In this document: positions 25,060 through 36,628 of the stretch, piece by piece | How positions within the stretch are numbered: the stretch's first letter is position 1 | How the letters are laid out: each line of letters starts with the position of its first letter | DNA from: Eukaryota sp. TZLM1-RC | Taxonomy: Eukaryota > Protista > Metamonada: BaSk clade | DNA length: 64,000 bases | Direction of reading: 5' to 3' | Assembly (NCBI GenBank): GCA_040285825.1 | Contig: JAUPSS010000007.1 | Span: 1 to 64,000, forward strand | Notes under the pieces: generated by a model | What the model saw: only the letters and a program-made list of their open reading frames with translations | Databases searched by the model: none | Told to the model about the DNA's origin: nothing | Program-made: the position numbers and the translations under genes

Positions 25060-27813
25060 ATGTCTCTCAACGAGCCTCTTCAATTGCAGAACCCAGTATA
25101 TGGCAAACTTCCTGATCGAATAGCAGACATAGACCTATCCATATCAGTACCACATCCTGATTCACGTAATGAACCTAAACCTGGTCCTTCTAGAGTGTTC
25201 CGTTACGTTCTTCTTTTTCTTCTTTTATGCTCTCTTGTCATTGGTTCTTACTTTCTTTACCACTTTGTCTTCACAATCACTATCACTGGCACCATCGTGA
25301 ACATATCTAATGGTCACATCATCTCCTCTCCTCATATAACAGCAACTTCTGATTCCACCACTGTTGAATCAACCACTTCAGATGATCTTTTCACATTACT
25401 TCTTACACGTGGCCAATGGAACCTTACCTCTACAGATTCTAATTTACTGGCTGTACCACAGCCTTTTTCTTTTGATGGTGACTTTGACTTTCTCGATCAA
25501 TTATCTTTGATTAATTCACCTCAACTCTCCCAAAACGGTTATAGATTTGTGCTTCAATACCATGGAAACTTGGACCTCTCTCTTGAACTGGTGACACCAG
25601 AAGCATGTGTTTGCTCGATTTCCAACCCTTTCTGCTCATCAAGGTCAACACATGTGGCACATGGTGGTGAAGTCGTCGGAAGTCAGGGCCCTTTTGAGAT
25701 TTCTTTGTTGAATCCTCACTTCAATCCTATTTACAGTTCCTATAGAGTGGTGGTCAAAGCAGAAGGTGCAGAATCTGTTGACTTTTGGAAAAACTCAAGA
25801 TCAGTCGTGTATGTTTTTGACCGTTATGATTTTATCATGGCGGTCAGGATTAAAGATCTGATTGACAATCAAAATGACCAATCAAATCATTGGAGTGTTT
25901 TAGTTCTACAATCACAGGGGATTGAGGTTTTTAACTCTTTGACTCCCATGACCTCTGTAAACGTCATCATGATTGACGAAGTTTCTGGTGATCAGGTGGG
26001 CGATGGAACTATCCAAATTTTTAATAACGATTTTAATGAAATATTCAGTTTTATTGATGGCTTTTTTGCTTTAAATCTTGAATTTGGTACTTATTACTGT
26101 GAAATTAATGCAGTTGGTTATGCCAAATCAGCCTTTGAAATTTCCATTGCTCATTCTTCCAGTAGCATGCTGACCTTTGATTTATCTCCAGAAGCTTCAC
26201 TATCTGGTACTGTAGAGTCGATAGAAGAAGGAGAAGGGATCAGTGACATTAGGTTACAAGTGGAGATCAATGAAGTTCAAAAAGAGATCAGGACAGGCGA
26301 GCTCGGGAAATTTTCAGTGTCACCCCTAAAAATTGGTGATGTTGTTAGTATCAAACCGGCAACTAATACAAGGTTTGTAACCCCCACGACTGTTACTGTG
26401 TCTGGAAACAATCAAATTGATGCTTTGTTGACAACCACTATATCATCTCATGGTGATAATTTTATGATTCTTGTTAATTCTTCGCAAAATTTGGGATCTG
26501 AATTTTTCATTGACCTCTTCTGCCCAAATGATTGTCGAATGTCTACCATCTCTACCCAAAGTTGTAATTCTTGGAATGTTTTTCAAACACGGTTATTTCC
26601 ACCTTATAACAGAGCACTGAATTTACAAATTCTCAATATTGATCCCACGATGATGTTTACTCTTGTCGGTCGTCAAGTCAATAATGATTGGTCATCAGTT
26701 TCCGCTTCTGTTTCTATCTATCTCAATAGTGAATTACTCGACAATATTGAGTTGAATTCTACTAACGGTGGTTTTTGGCGGATAGGACATTTTTTTGAAA
26801 AGTATTCTGGAAGTGTTGATTTCAAAGCCACTAATGAAGTTGAATTTACATTACCAATCATTTTTGATTTTGTTGATGAATTAACCAAATTTCCAGTGAC
26901 AAACAACATTTCAGTGGTTTACTTGGACGAGGAATTCTTCACAGATGGGGAAATTCTGATTCAAAACATGTTTGTCCACTCTGAATCAGAATTAGTAGTG
27001 TCTCACGACCTTTACGAAGTCAATCATGCAACTATTGATTGGGCGAATTATGACCTTGATGAGGTCACCACAGTGTCAATAGAGCTCAAGCCCAAAAATT
27101 TCATCTCCAGAAAAGCTGTTGACGCTGGATCTTTTGGTCCAATCAACCCTACTATTATTGCTGAAGAATTTGATGGCGAATCAAGTCAATTAATAAAAAC
27201 AATAGAAATAGAAAACGTTATTGACGGTGTTTTTCACATTTCACCAATTTCAAGCAATACTTATTGGGAAGTCAAAGGTTCTCTCAATGGTTATTATGAT
27301 GGTTCAATCAAAATTGATAGTGATTTTGATAGTACGGAAAGGTTCAATGATTCGTTATTTCTGATTCCCAGAAGAGAAGGGGATGATGATTATTTTGTTT
27401 TGCTTTTGTTCAATGAAGTTGGTGTTAGTCGTCAGGTTCCAAAGTTTGATTTAAATTTGACAACTCCATTTGATTGTGACGTTAATTTTTCAAATTTTGA
27501 ATGTGTTGTCGGTGACATGTCAATACAGCTCAACTCAAGCTCACTCCATTCACCTTCACCATTAACAATGGCAATTACGGGTCTTGATGTTTCTGAATCT
27601 GATCACGTTTACAAATTAGCCGTGGGTAGACATCCGGATTATGAGTTTCAGGATTGGCATAAAGCTGGTCTGGTAGCTTCAATTTGCTATGGCTGGAGTT
27701 GTTACAACGTTTATGCTAGATATGCTGAAGTTTACAATGATGATACTGGCTATTGGCATATAGGTTACTTTGATGAATATGGCTTCACTGAAGATAACAG
27801 ATTTGATATATAG
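25060..27813 (+). CDS. 917-aa type II membrane/surface protein with repeated beta-sandwich (carboxypeptidase-regulatory-like) modules; function unknown
   Basis: Long uninterrupted ORF with one N-terminal TM segment (YVLLFLLLCSLVIGSYFLY). ITGTIVN / LSGTVES module starts and three cysteine-pair modules ending W-x-I/V. Confidence 0.75.
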   Translation: MSLNEPLQLQNPVYGKLPDRIADIDLSISVPHPDSRNEPKPGPSRVFRYVLLFLLLCSLVIGSYFLYHFVFTITITGTIVNISNGHIISSPHITATSDSTTVESTTSDDLFTLLLTRGQWNLTSTDSNLLAVPQPFSFDGDFDFLDQLSLINSPQLSQNGYRFVLQYHGNLDLSLELVTPEACVCSISNPFCSSRSTHVAHGGEVVGSQGPFEISLLNPHFNPIYSSYRVVVKAEGAESVDFWKNSRSVVYVFDRYDFIMAVRIKDLIDNQNDQSNHWSVLVLQSQGIEVFNSLTPMTSVNVIMIDEVSGDQVGDGTIQIFNNDFNEIFSFIDGFFALNLEFGTYYCEINAVGYAKSAFEISIAHSSSSMLTFDLSPEASLSGTVESIEEGEGISDIRLQVEINEVQKEIRTGELGKFSVSPLKIGDVVSIKPATNTRFVTPTTVTVSGNNQIDALLTTTISSHGDNFMILVNSSQNLGSEFFIDLFCPNDCRMSTISTQSCNSWNVFQTRLFPPYNRALNLQILNIDPTMMFTLVGRQVNNDWSSVSASVSIYLNSELLDNIELNSTNGGFWRIGHFFEKYSGSVDFKATNEVEFTLPIIFDFVDELTKFPVTNNISVVYLDEEFFTDGEILIQNMFVHSESELVVSHDLYEVNHATIDWANYDLDEVTTVSIELKPKNFISRKAVDAGSFGPINPTIIAEEFDGESSQLIKTIEIENVIDGVFHISPISSNTYWEVKGSLNGYYDGSIKIDSDFDSTERFNDSLFLIPRREGDDDYFVLLLFNEVGVSRQVPKFDLNLTTPFDCDVNFSNFECVVGDMSIQLNSSSLHSPSPLTMAITGLDVSESDHVYKLAVGRHPDYEFQDWHKAGLVASICYGWSCYNVYARYAEVYNDDTGYWHIGYFDEYGFTEDNRFDI

Positions 27814-28339
27814 GTGTTTTGTATAATAAAAGTTTTTTGAAGTTTGTTTTTTGGATGGTAAGCTTAATTTTATTGTAATTTTTACCTACACTTGATGGAC
27901 AAATAATTTAGTGTCACAGATTTCTTTAAAATTCTAAAAGAACCATTCCTTAACCAACAAAATGATCTACAGTCTCTCTCAAATTAAGTCTATTTGATCA
28001 TCACTAGTCGGAAAATTGTTACGATGAGTTTGAAGAAATAGATTCTTGACTTGACATACTCTCCAACGAAAAACAGACTTCTTTCTTTGAATCATCTCTT
28101 CTTCGCCTTCCATTTTTTTAAATTAAAGATTAATAAATTGTTCCATATACTGAGCATACCTCATTTGTTATTGACTTCAAAATTCGTTTTGATAGTTTGT
28201 TCGATTAATGTCCTCAATCTGCTACAATGATTGATGGGAAAAAGAGGATGTTTTTCGATGCAAAGGTGAATCACAGATAGGTAAATCATTGAAATTGGAG
28301 GAAATTTTTTTCCAAAAAAACTGATAAAACGGCTGTATA

Positions 28340-29966
28340 TTTTTATTCATTTGTTGAACATGCACACTTAATTAAATTAACTCATAACTAATGGGACGAC
28401 TATCATTGAACCAAGATTACCTCTACAAAATCTTGATCTGCTTGCTGTCTAGCTAAAGCTTCTCTTATTCGATTAAAAAACCTAGGCAATCTATTAATAT
28501 TGGCAAATTGAATCCGAGAACGCCATAAAAAAATATCAAATCTATTCATTGTTTTTCTTGAACCATTTTTTGGAAGTCATTCAAAAAAGTTTCTGCTTCA
28601 ACTGATAATCTTCCATTTATCGAAAATGGGAAAGCAATAAAAATCAGCTGTGTATTTCTATCGACATTAGCCTCTTCAATATCTTTATCATATTTTCTAT
28701 GTTTCTCTTTTGCTTTAAAATCCAGAGCAGCCACAGGATTAAGTTTTCTTCTGTGAACCAAAGTATCGTTTGCAACATTACATGAGACAAAGTCAACAAT
28801 AGCTTCAGAATTATCAATCCAATCACAGTATACATCACCTCTATCATCAGAACCAAAATTATCCAGAGAAAATGTTTCCTTCAGCAGGGGCTCTTTGATA
28901 CACGATATCCTTGCAGTTTGTGCCATATTGAAAACAGTGTCTCTAACAGCATCATGTAATGAAGAACGATAAGTTATCAATTTAGAGCAATTCAGAGCGT
29001 GGCGCAAAGTGAGTTGAGGTGAATTCGAACAAATACATTTTTCTTTTGATAATAATTGATTAATGGGGATGTTCAAATATAATCTCATTTTTGTTACAAA
29101 TGCTTCATTAGTGGCACACAATCCAAATCTTCGTGGTACAATAGTTACAAAAAGTGAAGAATCTGACGATTTGTTTTCACAAACACCCTTTTCCAATAAC
29201 AATGAGTGTAGATCTTGATTTAAAGCAGCCGAGCTGCATATATTATTATAAAGATCTTTTTCATACATTCCAGTCAATCGTTTCTGTAATGTTCGAAGAG
29301 TGTACTTCAAATTTAAAACATTTTTTTCTGGAATATTGCCATTGAATGATTGGGGAAACCATCGACCCCATTTTTCTACATCAATTCTTGAAATTTCTTC
29401 ATTTAATGCAAAAACAGTGGAACTTTGCGTTGTCATCAATAAATCTTCCCAATCTGCAAATCTTTCGGAAAACTCAAAGATTGCATTTCTGCATCCACCA
29501 ACAAATGCACACGAGGTAAGAACAGAAGCCTTTGTCCACCCTAAACCACCATAATGTGGACTAAGGTAAACATGATCTGGAATTTGAAACATTTTACATC
29601 CCAGTAATTGAGACAGAACTTTTGCACGTAACTCATTAAATTTTTGAGCCAAAGGTCTAGTGACGAGAGGATTTGTAGATCGAAATATATGATTGAAGTT
29701 GGAACTAAAACACAGTCTTATAATGGTAAATTTGATGTGTTTTTGTATATCTAAATTCATCATTCGGTCAATTTTGTCGGAAATTGAGTTCAACTTTTTA
29801 AACAATTTTTTGGAAATTTCATCATTATTTCCTAAAAACGAACCCAAATGACGAATAGCGTGTATATTTTCTGATTCCATCAACTTTGGAAAAGAATTTC
29901 CATAAATTTCCATCCTGTTGCATAATAGTGGAACATCAAATTTTATAATATTAAAACCCGTCAAAA
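28340..29966 (-). mobile_element. 5'-truncated RLE non-LTR retrotransposon (RT thumb, CCHC, RLE)
   Basis: ORF 29964-28546: HLGS, GGLG, CIC..HALNC, HDAVRD, KEP, RGDV, IVDFV, KHRKY. A frameshift near 28546 continues the protein to about 28403. Confidence 0.9.
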
Positions 29967-30206
29967 CATTAGGGTTATGGTGAGTTACAAATTGAATAAT
30001 AATGACAGTTTTTCCTCCGTATCAAAAAGGTTAATTTTGATGAGTTCCATGAAAATTGAACTTACAAATATCCAACCTTGCAAATATTGACAAATTTGAC
30101 AAAGTGAGTGAAGTGTACGTTGAAATTCAAATTAGAAATTAGATTTAGTTAATTCAAAGTGGCCATCAAAGAAATTCTCAAATCGGTGTGAAAGATCTAA
30201 CTCGAT

Positions 30207-30682
30207 ATGAAGCTTGCCCTCCTCTTTGTTACTATCTGTTGCGCAGTTTTTGCTGAAAACATCATCACTGACTGTAGTGGACCTGATGCCGCTATTCGTC
30301 TTGAAGAATACTCAATCTCTGTATGCCGTCATTTTCCCTCTCATTCCAGCCTGATTATATCGTAAAGGGAGGAAACGTCACCATATCCGCTAAAGGAGCT
30401 CTTCTCAGAGACATTACCGATGGAGCCACTGCTCAAGTCAAGGTTAAGTTTGGTGCTATTCCTGTCATTCGTGAAACTTATGACATATGCCGTCAAGCCA
30501 AAGAGTTCGACCTTCCCATCCAGTGTCCCGTTCCTGCTCAAGGACAAGTACTTGCTCCCACCACCATGCCCTTGCCCGATGAAGTTCTCCCTGGTAAGTA
30601 CACCGCCTCCATCAAGGCCAAACTTGCTGATGGAACTGAACTCACTTGCATGAACGCTCAATTCGAGGTTCATCGCCATTAG
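30207..30682 (+). CDS. ML-domain (NPC2 / PG-PI transfer) lipid-binding protein, two exons (30207-30320, 30350-30682)
   Basis: Signal peptide MKLALLFVTICCAVFA. A 29-nt intron GTATG..TTCCAG joins ..YSIS to PDYIVKG. YDIC, CPV, PGKY and LTC motifs. Confidence 0.9.
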
Positions 30683-31686
30683 ATGTAAATTTGCTTAGTT
30701 ATAAATCTTATTATTGTCTTATTTCAATTCACAACATTATTTATTACGATATAAAGGATATAAGTAGGCTCTGGCATGATTTACAATCAATATACTTGTT
30801 GTCGACATGCAAAAGACAACTACTATTACTGGTTGCGTTCATGTCCTAAATGCCCATCTTAATCAACATAAATTTAAGTGGTTTCATTCATTCTTCAATT
30901 TTTGTGTCTTAAAATGGAAATGTGTTTCAGCAGAAAACTTGTAAATCTTATTTTGGGAAAATGAAAGAAAAATGACCTTCAAAGGAAATGATGTTTTTGT
31001 TCGATCTTACAAGTCAGTTCTAGGGACAAATGCTAACAGCATCCCACTGCTGATAATGAGTAGACAATTTCATAAAACTTTCTGATGATGAATTCTTTAT
31101 TTGCTAAAGTTTTAATTGTGAACAATACCCATTCCAGTAAATTTTTTATGAAATTTGGATAAACTCGCTGTTTTCTAGACCTAATATAGTTGACAATTGA
31201 AACAACAATAAAGAAGAAGAAATCAATACCTAATTTTCCAATGAAATTTGTTATCCAATCCTCTGATTCAATCAGCTATCAAAAATGTGATTTATTATAG
31301 AAGCTGAAGGAAAAACGCTCATTGTTATTCCAATCGTTCGTGACAAATGTCTTGGATTTTTTGAAAGTTGATAGATCATGAACTTGTACTCTTTTGGTGC
31401 AGACAATGAAATTACTGAGAACAAACTTTGGGATGGTTTGGTAAACAGATATGTTTACATCGAGAACCATTGGGAGGTTGCACAAAAAGTGTTTTTGCTG
31501 AACACAACGCCCGTAGCTTTTATGAGATCTCAATAAAAATTTCCCAAATCCAACGTACTTTAATTTTAGCCAGTCATCTCCAATGAGTTGAGACATGTGG
31601 ATGTGGATGAAACAAAAAGAAAAAATTTCTGATGAGAAGAAATTAAACGCATTTCCAATATACACATACCCACACACCAATGCTGA

Positions 31687-34629
31687 ATGTTTACCACTAC
31701 TACTGAACCTTTGCCTTCGGTAGACATCTCACTGCTCTCACAAGCTTACACTTACTTCAATCAAAAAGATTATTCTGATGCAGAAAAATACGCACTTGCT
31801 GCCTACAACTCCAATCCTACATCTGCACCCATCCTTGTCCTCCTCTCTGCCATTTACCGCAAGCTTGACCAATTCTCTCAATCCATAGAGTACTCCAAGC
31901 TTTGTATTCAACACCATCCCACATGTGTAGAAGCCCACGTTAACCTCGCCCAAGCCTATCTTTTAGCGGGGGACATTGACACATCCTCCTACACTGCCAT
32001 GGTAGCGGCCTCCCTTGACCCCAAATCCATACGAGCTCTCCGAGTACTTGCTACTTCATACGTCCGCAGAGGAAATACTGATGCTGCTGTTGCTGCCTAC
32101 CTTGCAATTCTTGCCCATCAACCAGATAGACCTGACGCGAGGTCAAACCTAGGAGTCCTGCTCATGCTAAGGAACGAAAGACCAGCTGCTGAATCTTGCT
32201 TCCTTTCTGCTCTCTCCACCGATCCCGACTACATTCACGCACTGAGAAATCTTGGTTCGTTACGGAAAGAGCATCAAAACTACTCTGAAGCAGCTAGGTT
32301 GTTTCAAAGGGCTACTGAGCTCGATTCTACCCATGTGGATTCTTGGGTTCAGTTGAGTGATTGTTTGTCTAGACTTGGAGATCTTGAACATTCTATCATT
32401 GCACTTAGGAAAGCCATTGCACTCTCTCCACGTCAACCTCATTTACTTTGCAATTTGGCTTCTCTATACATAAGCAACAAGGAAACCTTCCGAGCAGTGG
32501 AATGTTTACGGGAAGCCACCAAGCTTGACCCTAATAGTGGTGATACGTGGAATGAACTTGGCATTGCTCACATGGCACACGGAGATGCCACGTCAGCAGT
32601 TGCCGCTTACTGTGAGGCTTTGAGGGTATTTCCAAACCATGCATTAGCCTATAACAACCTTGGAACAGCTCTACAATCCAGTGGTAAGAAAGAAGACGCT
32701 GCTGCCTGCTTTGAAATTGCTACTGCTCATAGACCAGATCTCATCATTGCTTGGAAGAACCGGGCTGGGGTGCTCAAAGAGTTGGGGAGATTTGATGAAG
32801 CGATTGGGTGTTTTGAAAAGAGTACAAGGTTGTTACCTAATGATGCAGGTCTGCAATTACAATTAGCAAATACATTGAAGGAAGCTGGTAGAGTCGGAGA
32901 AGCTATTGAGTGTTATAGGCTTTGTTTGGAGCAATTAGGGGTAGGTTTTATTAGTGAAAATTTGGAGAAGGGATCAGGTGATGATGTGAAAATTTCGCCA
33001 AAAATTTCAATTTCAGCTGAGGCTGCTTGTAACCTAGCCAGTTGTTATAAGGACAAGGGTGATATTGAGGATGCAATTGTTTATTACAAGAAGGCTTTAC
33101 AATTGCAACCAAGCTTCAGTGCCGCCTTTTGCCAATTTCTTCATTGCCAACAGTTGATGTGTAATTGGAAGAATCAAGAATTAGAATTTGAAAAACTTAC
33201 CAAAGTTGTGGTCGCACAAATCGCACGCAAAGAAACACCGTCCATTCATCCTTTCCATTCAGTGTTATACCCTTTATCCCTTGATTTATTGAAAGAAATT
33301 GCGAAATCTTATGCTCAAAGAATTGAACTCAATAACCAAAAGCTAGGTCTAGAACCATTAATCCACGAATTTGAACCTTTATCTTGGCCAATCACCATTG
33401 GCTATCTCTCTGCTGATTTTGGTGACTTGCCATTGGCACACTTAGTGCGATCAATTCCTGTCTTGCATGATCGGTCTAAGTTCAAGGTTATTGCTTTCGC
33501 TTCATCTCCAGAAGACTATAGCCAATATAGGGAAGATTTTAGGCGTTCATGTGATGATTTTGTAGAAATTCATCAAATGTCGAGTGAAGAAATCGTATCA
33601 ATTATTAAGGATCATGGCGTAGACATTTTAATCAATCTCAATGGCTACCTCAAAGGCGCGCGAGAAGACATTTTTGCATTAAAGCCCGCCAAAATTCAAA
33701 TTTCCTTATTAGGCTATCCCGGTACTACTGGGTCAAGCTACATTGATTATTTGGTAGTCGATAAAGTTTTGGTTCCTCCTGAATGTAGATACGGATATAC
33801 GGAGAGCTTGATGATCTTACCCGCTTCTTGTTATGTCAATGACCATTGCCAGGCATTTTTCGACAAGGCCTTACACTTGACGACTGAAAATTCAGAGAAG
33901 AGATCAAAATTACCAAGGTCATATGTCAATCAATTAGTCAAGCCGCTTCCCTTTATGAATAACACTCGAAATTTGAACAGTCTCAAAAGATCTACTTTTA
34001 ATTTACCAAAAGATAAGATTGTTTTATGTAACTTCAATCAATTGTACAAATTGGATCCAAAAACATTTGACACTTGGTGTAGAATTTTAATTCAATGTCC
34101 AAACACAATTCTTGTTTTGTTAAAGTTCCCTAAATGTGGGGAAAAACAGTTGATTGAAAGAGCAAAGCTTAATGGTTTAGGTGATGGAAGGTTGCTATTT
34201 TTAGATGTATTACCTAAATCAGATCACATTATTCGAAGTTCCTTTTGTGATCTTTTCTTGGACACGACTGTCACCAATGCTCACCACACTGGAATGGATG
34301 CTTTGTGGGCTGGATTGCCTGTCATTACGTTACCCGGTCAGAAACTCTCGGCAAGGGTTGGAGCAAGTCTGTTGACCTCAATGGACTTGGAGGAATTGAT
34401 ATGTGAATCATTGGAAGATTATGAAAAAAAGGTGGTTTATTTGGTTTCAAACGTTGAAGTTTTGACTCAATTGAAGGAAAAAGTACGCTACCAACGACTT
34501 AATTCAAGACTTTTTGACACTTTACTATGGACGAGAACTTTTGAAAAGGGACTCGAGATGGCCGTTGATCTTTGGAATTGTAGATTGGATTGTAGAGATT
34601 TGGAAGTTACCCCAGTTGAAATTGATTAG
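31687..34629 (+). CDS. OGT: O-GlcNAc transferase (OGT/SEC type; TPR array plus GT41)
   Basis: Many TPRs; HPFH, IGYLSADF, INLNGY, LGYPGTTG, CNFNQLYK, DLFLDT, TGMDALWAG, SARVGASLL. Confidence 0.93.
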   Translation: MFTTTTEPLPSVDISLLSQAYTYFNQKDYSDAEKYALAAYNSNPTSAPILVLLSAIYRKLDQFSQSIEYSKLCIQHHPTCVEAHVNLAQAYLLAGDIDTSSYTAMVAASLDPKSIRALRVLATSYVRRGNTDAAVAAYLAILAHQPDRPDARSNLGVLLMLRNERPAAESCFLSALSTDPDYIHALRNLGSLRKEHQNYSEAARLFQRATELDSTHVDSWVQLSDCLSRLGDLEHSIIALRKAIALSPRQPHLLCNLASLYISNKETFRAVECLREATKLDPNSGDTWNELGIAHMAHGDATSAVAAYCEALRVFPNHALAYNNLGTALQSSGKKEDAAACFEIATAHRPDLIIAWKNRAGVLKELGRFDEAIGCFEKSTRLLPNDAGLQLQLANTLKEAGRVGEAIECYRLCLEQLGVGFISENLEKGSGDDVKISPKISISAEAACNLASCYKDKGDIEDAIVYYKKALQLQPSFSAAFCQFLHCQQLMCNWKNQELEFEKLTKVVVAQIARKETPSIHPFHSVLYPLSLDLLKEIAKSYAQRIELNNQKLGLEPLIHEFEPLSWPITIGYLSADFGDLPLAHLVRSIPVLHDRSKFKVIAFASSPEDYSQYREDFRRSCDDFVEIHQMSSEEIVSIIKDHGVDILINLNGYLKGAREDIFALKPAKIQISLLGYPGTTGSSYIDYLVVDKVLVPPECRYGYTESLMILPASCYVNDHCQAFFDKALHLTTENSEKRSKLPRSYVNQLVKPLPFMNNTRNLNSLKRSTFNLPKDKIVLCNFNQLYKLDPKTFDTWCRILIQCPNTILVLLKFPKCGEKQLIERAKLNGLGDGRLLFLDVLPKSDHIIRSSFCDLFLDTTVTNAHHTGMDALWAGLPVITLPGQKLSARVGASLLTSMDLEELICESLEDYEKKVVYLVSNVEVLTQLKEKVRYQRLNSRLFDTLLWTRTFEKGLEMAVDLWNCRLDCRDLEVTPVEID

Positions 34630-35101
34630 TTTTTTTGTAAATAAATTGTATATGTAGAGATTAAAAAGTTTGATTACACATAGTTGTAACAACTACAATT
34701 GTCTACATAAAGTGGAGCAATTTCTAAAATTCATTTTTAAATTTCATTTTTCTAAAAATTCATATGTACCTATTCGCAGGAGAAATACTTTTGGTGCTTT
34801 CAACTTAAATAAATGCACAATTGTTTAAATCCTAGTTACTAGTTTCTCTTTGTGCTAGTTATTGTACGGTGCGAAATATCAACAAAAACGATCAAAGCCT
34901 TGCTCTATGAAATGATGCCCTATAAGGAGTTTTTGGGTATCTTTGTCTCATTCCAACTCTGAACAACCGTCTAACAACTTTGATTATGATGATATAGTAG
35001 AAGGTTCTCCCAATCCGTCGAAACATAAGAGGAGAAGTTGAAAAAGTTTGATCAATTGAAATCTGCCAACCTTATTAAATACTAATGCCCATATAAGGCC
35101 C

Positions 35102-36628
35102 ATGGAACAGCTTCCACTCTCTGAACTTATAGCCACTCTTACAGAACTTGAGAATGAGTTCAAACAACTGGTACATGAACGCCAAGAACACCTCAACTCT
35201 CTTATTGGTCCCAAGCAACGATTCCATAAGATTCTGAAAAGTCCATGTGTCAAACCAGACCTGCCACCATCACCTCCGGTCACCGTTACAAAGGTTTTTT
35301 CTCCCAAAGTCACTCCTTATCTAGATCTCTCTTCCTCTACAGAAAGTGTTCTCTCAGACATTGACAATCTGCTACACTCATCTCCACATCATCAATCGCC
35401 ACGCCTTGACAGCTCATCGCCCAGTTCTACCCCTTCCACATCATCGAATCCATCTCCACTGAGGCCTCTTCCACCGCCACCCAGAATAGATGGTGACACG
35501 TCATCAGACCAACCCATTACGTCACCGCCAAAAGTGATAGCATCACCATCTCCATCTATACCAGCAAAAAGTGTTAAACGATCTGTTTCTTTTGCCCAGC
35601 CACTAATCACGTCACGTCACCACTATGATGCGATGTATTACGATAACTGTGAAGAAAGTCAATCTGATTCTTCATTTGATGAGCTGTTTGATGAACTTCA
35701 GTCTAGATTTAGTGGTGATAAAGTTGATGATGACGTGATTGATGAGGTTATTGATGATGTCATGACACGTCACGACACGCCATCACCTGAGATTTCGGAA
35801 ACTATAATTAAACAAGATGTCAAAATTTTGCCGGATGACGTGATTGATGACGTGATTGATGATGATGTGATAGTGTCGCGTCATGACATATCATCACCAG
35901 AACCGACGTACGAGCTATTTCAACTTGTATCATGGGAAGAAGTCTGGACTTGTCTTGCCAATCAAAATCTTGACACGTCATCAAGTGCCACGTCATCACC
36001 TAGTCCAGATCCACTATTCAACAAATATTTAAAAGAATCTTTAATATTGGAAGCTAATGCCATTATTAATCTTTCTAAATCAAAACTAGAAACGTCAAAA
36101 CTACCAATTCATTGGAGACTGCTGGCTTCCGTCTATATGATTATTACCGAAACTGAAACTCCACCGAGAAGATTTGGAAGTCATTTTGAAACTATTGGCT
36201 TTCAGGGGTCTGATCCTGCAACTGATCTCCGTGGGGTTGGAATCTTTGGACTTTTACAATTGTTGTTTTTGACTCAGAAACATGCCAAGTTAACGAATGC
36301 CCTTTATCAATTGTCAATTGATAATGAACAACACTTCCCATTTGCTATCGTTTGTATTAATTTTTCAAAACTGGCATTGGAATGCTTATTATCAAATTCA
36401 AAAGATTTATTTAAACTTTGTAATAAGAGAAATTCAGTCATTCAAGTCATTAATGATTTGTACGCAAGTGCTATTTGTGAATTTTATTTCAATTGGTTGG
36501 AAGGTGGATGTACTGTTATCGAATTCAGTAATATCTTGGCCAATATTAGCAATAGTATCAAGAAACATCCAGAAGCAGCAGTAACTCAATTATTTAAATC
36601 AAAAATGAGTAAAATAAATAAATTTTGA
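35102..36628 (+). CDS. ELMO/CED-12 domain protein (ELMOD-like Arf GAP) with a disordered N-terminus
   Basis: FETIGFQGSDPATDLRGVGIFGLLQL and FPFAIVCIN. Confidence 0.9.
   Translation: MEQLPLSELIATLTELENEFKQLVHERQEHLNSLIGPKQRFHKILKSPCVKPDLPPSPPVTVTKVFSPKVTPYLDLSSSTESVLSDIDNLLHSSPHHQSPRLDSSSPSSTPSTSSNPSPLRPLPPPPRIDGDTSSDQPITSPPKVIASPSPSIPAKSVKRSVSFAQPLITSRHHYDAMYYDNCEESQSDSSFDELFDELQSRFSGDKVDDDVIDEVIDDVMTRHDTPSPEISETIIKQDVKILPDDVIDDVIDDDVIVSRHDISSPEPTYELFQLVSWEEVWTCLANQNLDTSSSATSSPSPDPLFNKYLKESLILEANAIINLSKSKLETSKLPIHWRLLASVYMIITETETPPRRFGSHFETIGFQGSDPATDLRGVGIFGLLQLLFLTQKHAKLTNALYQLSIDNEQHFPFAIVCINFSKLALECLLSNSKDLFKLCNKRNSVIQVINDLYASAICEFYFNWLEGGCTVIEFSNILANISNSIKKHPEAAVTQLFKSKMSKINKF

Noticed and set aside
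29969-29978. TTAGGGTTA telomere-like motif at a retroelement 5' junction
   Set aside because: Only about 1.5 units; compatible with chance.
31279-31680. Minus-strand 133-aa ORF and other short ORFs antisense to or overlapping real genes
   Set aside because: Non-ATG starts or shadow frames, with no recognisable domains.
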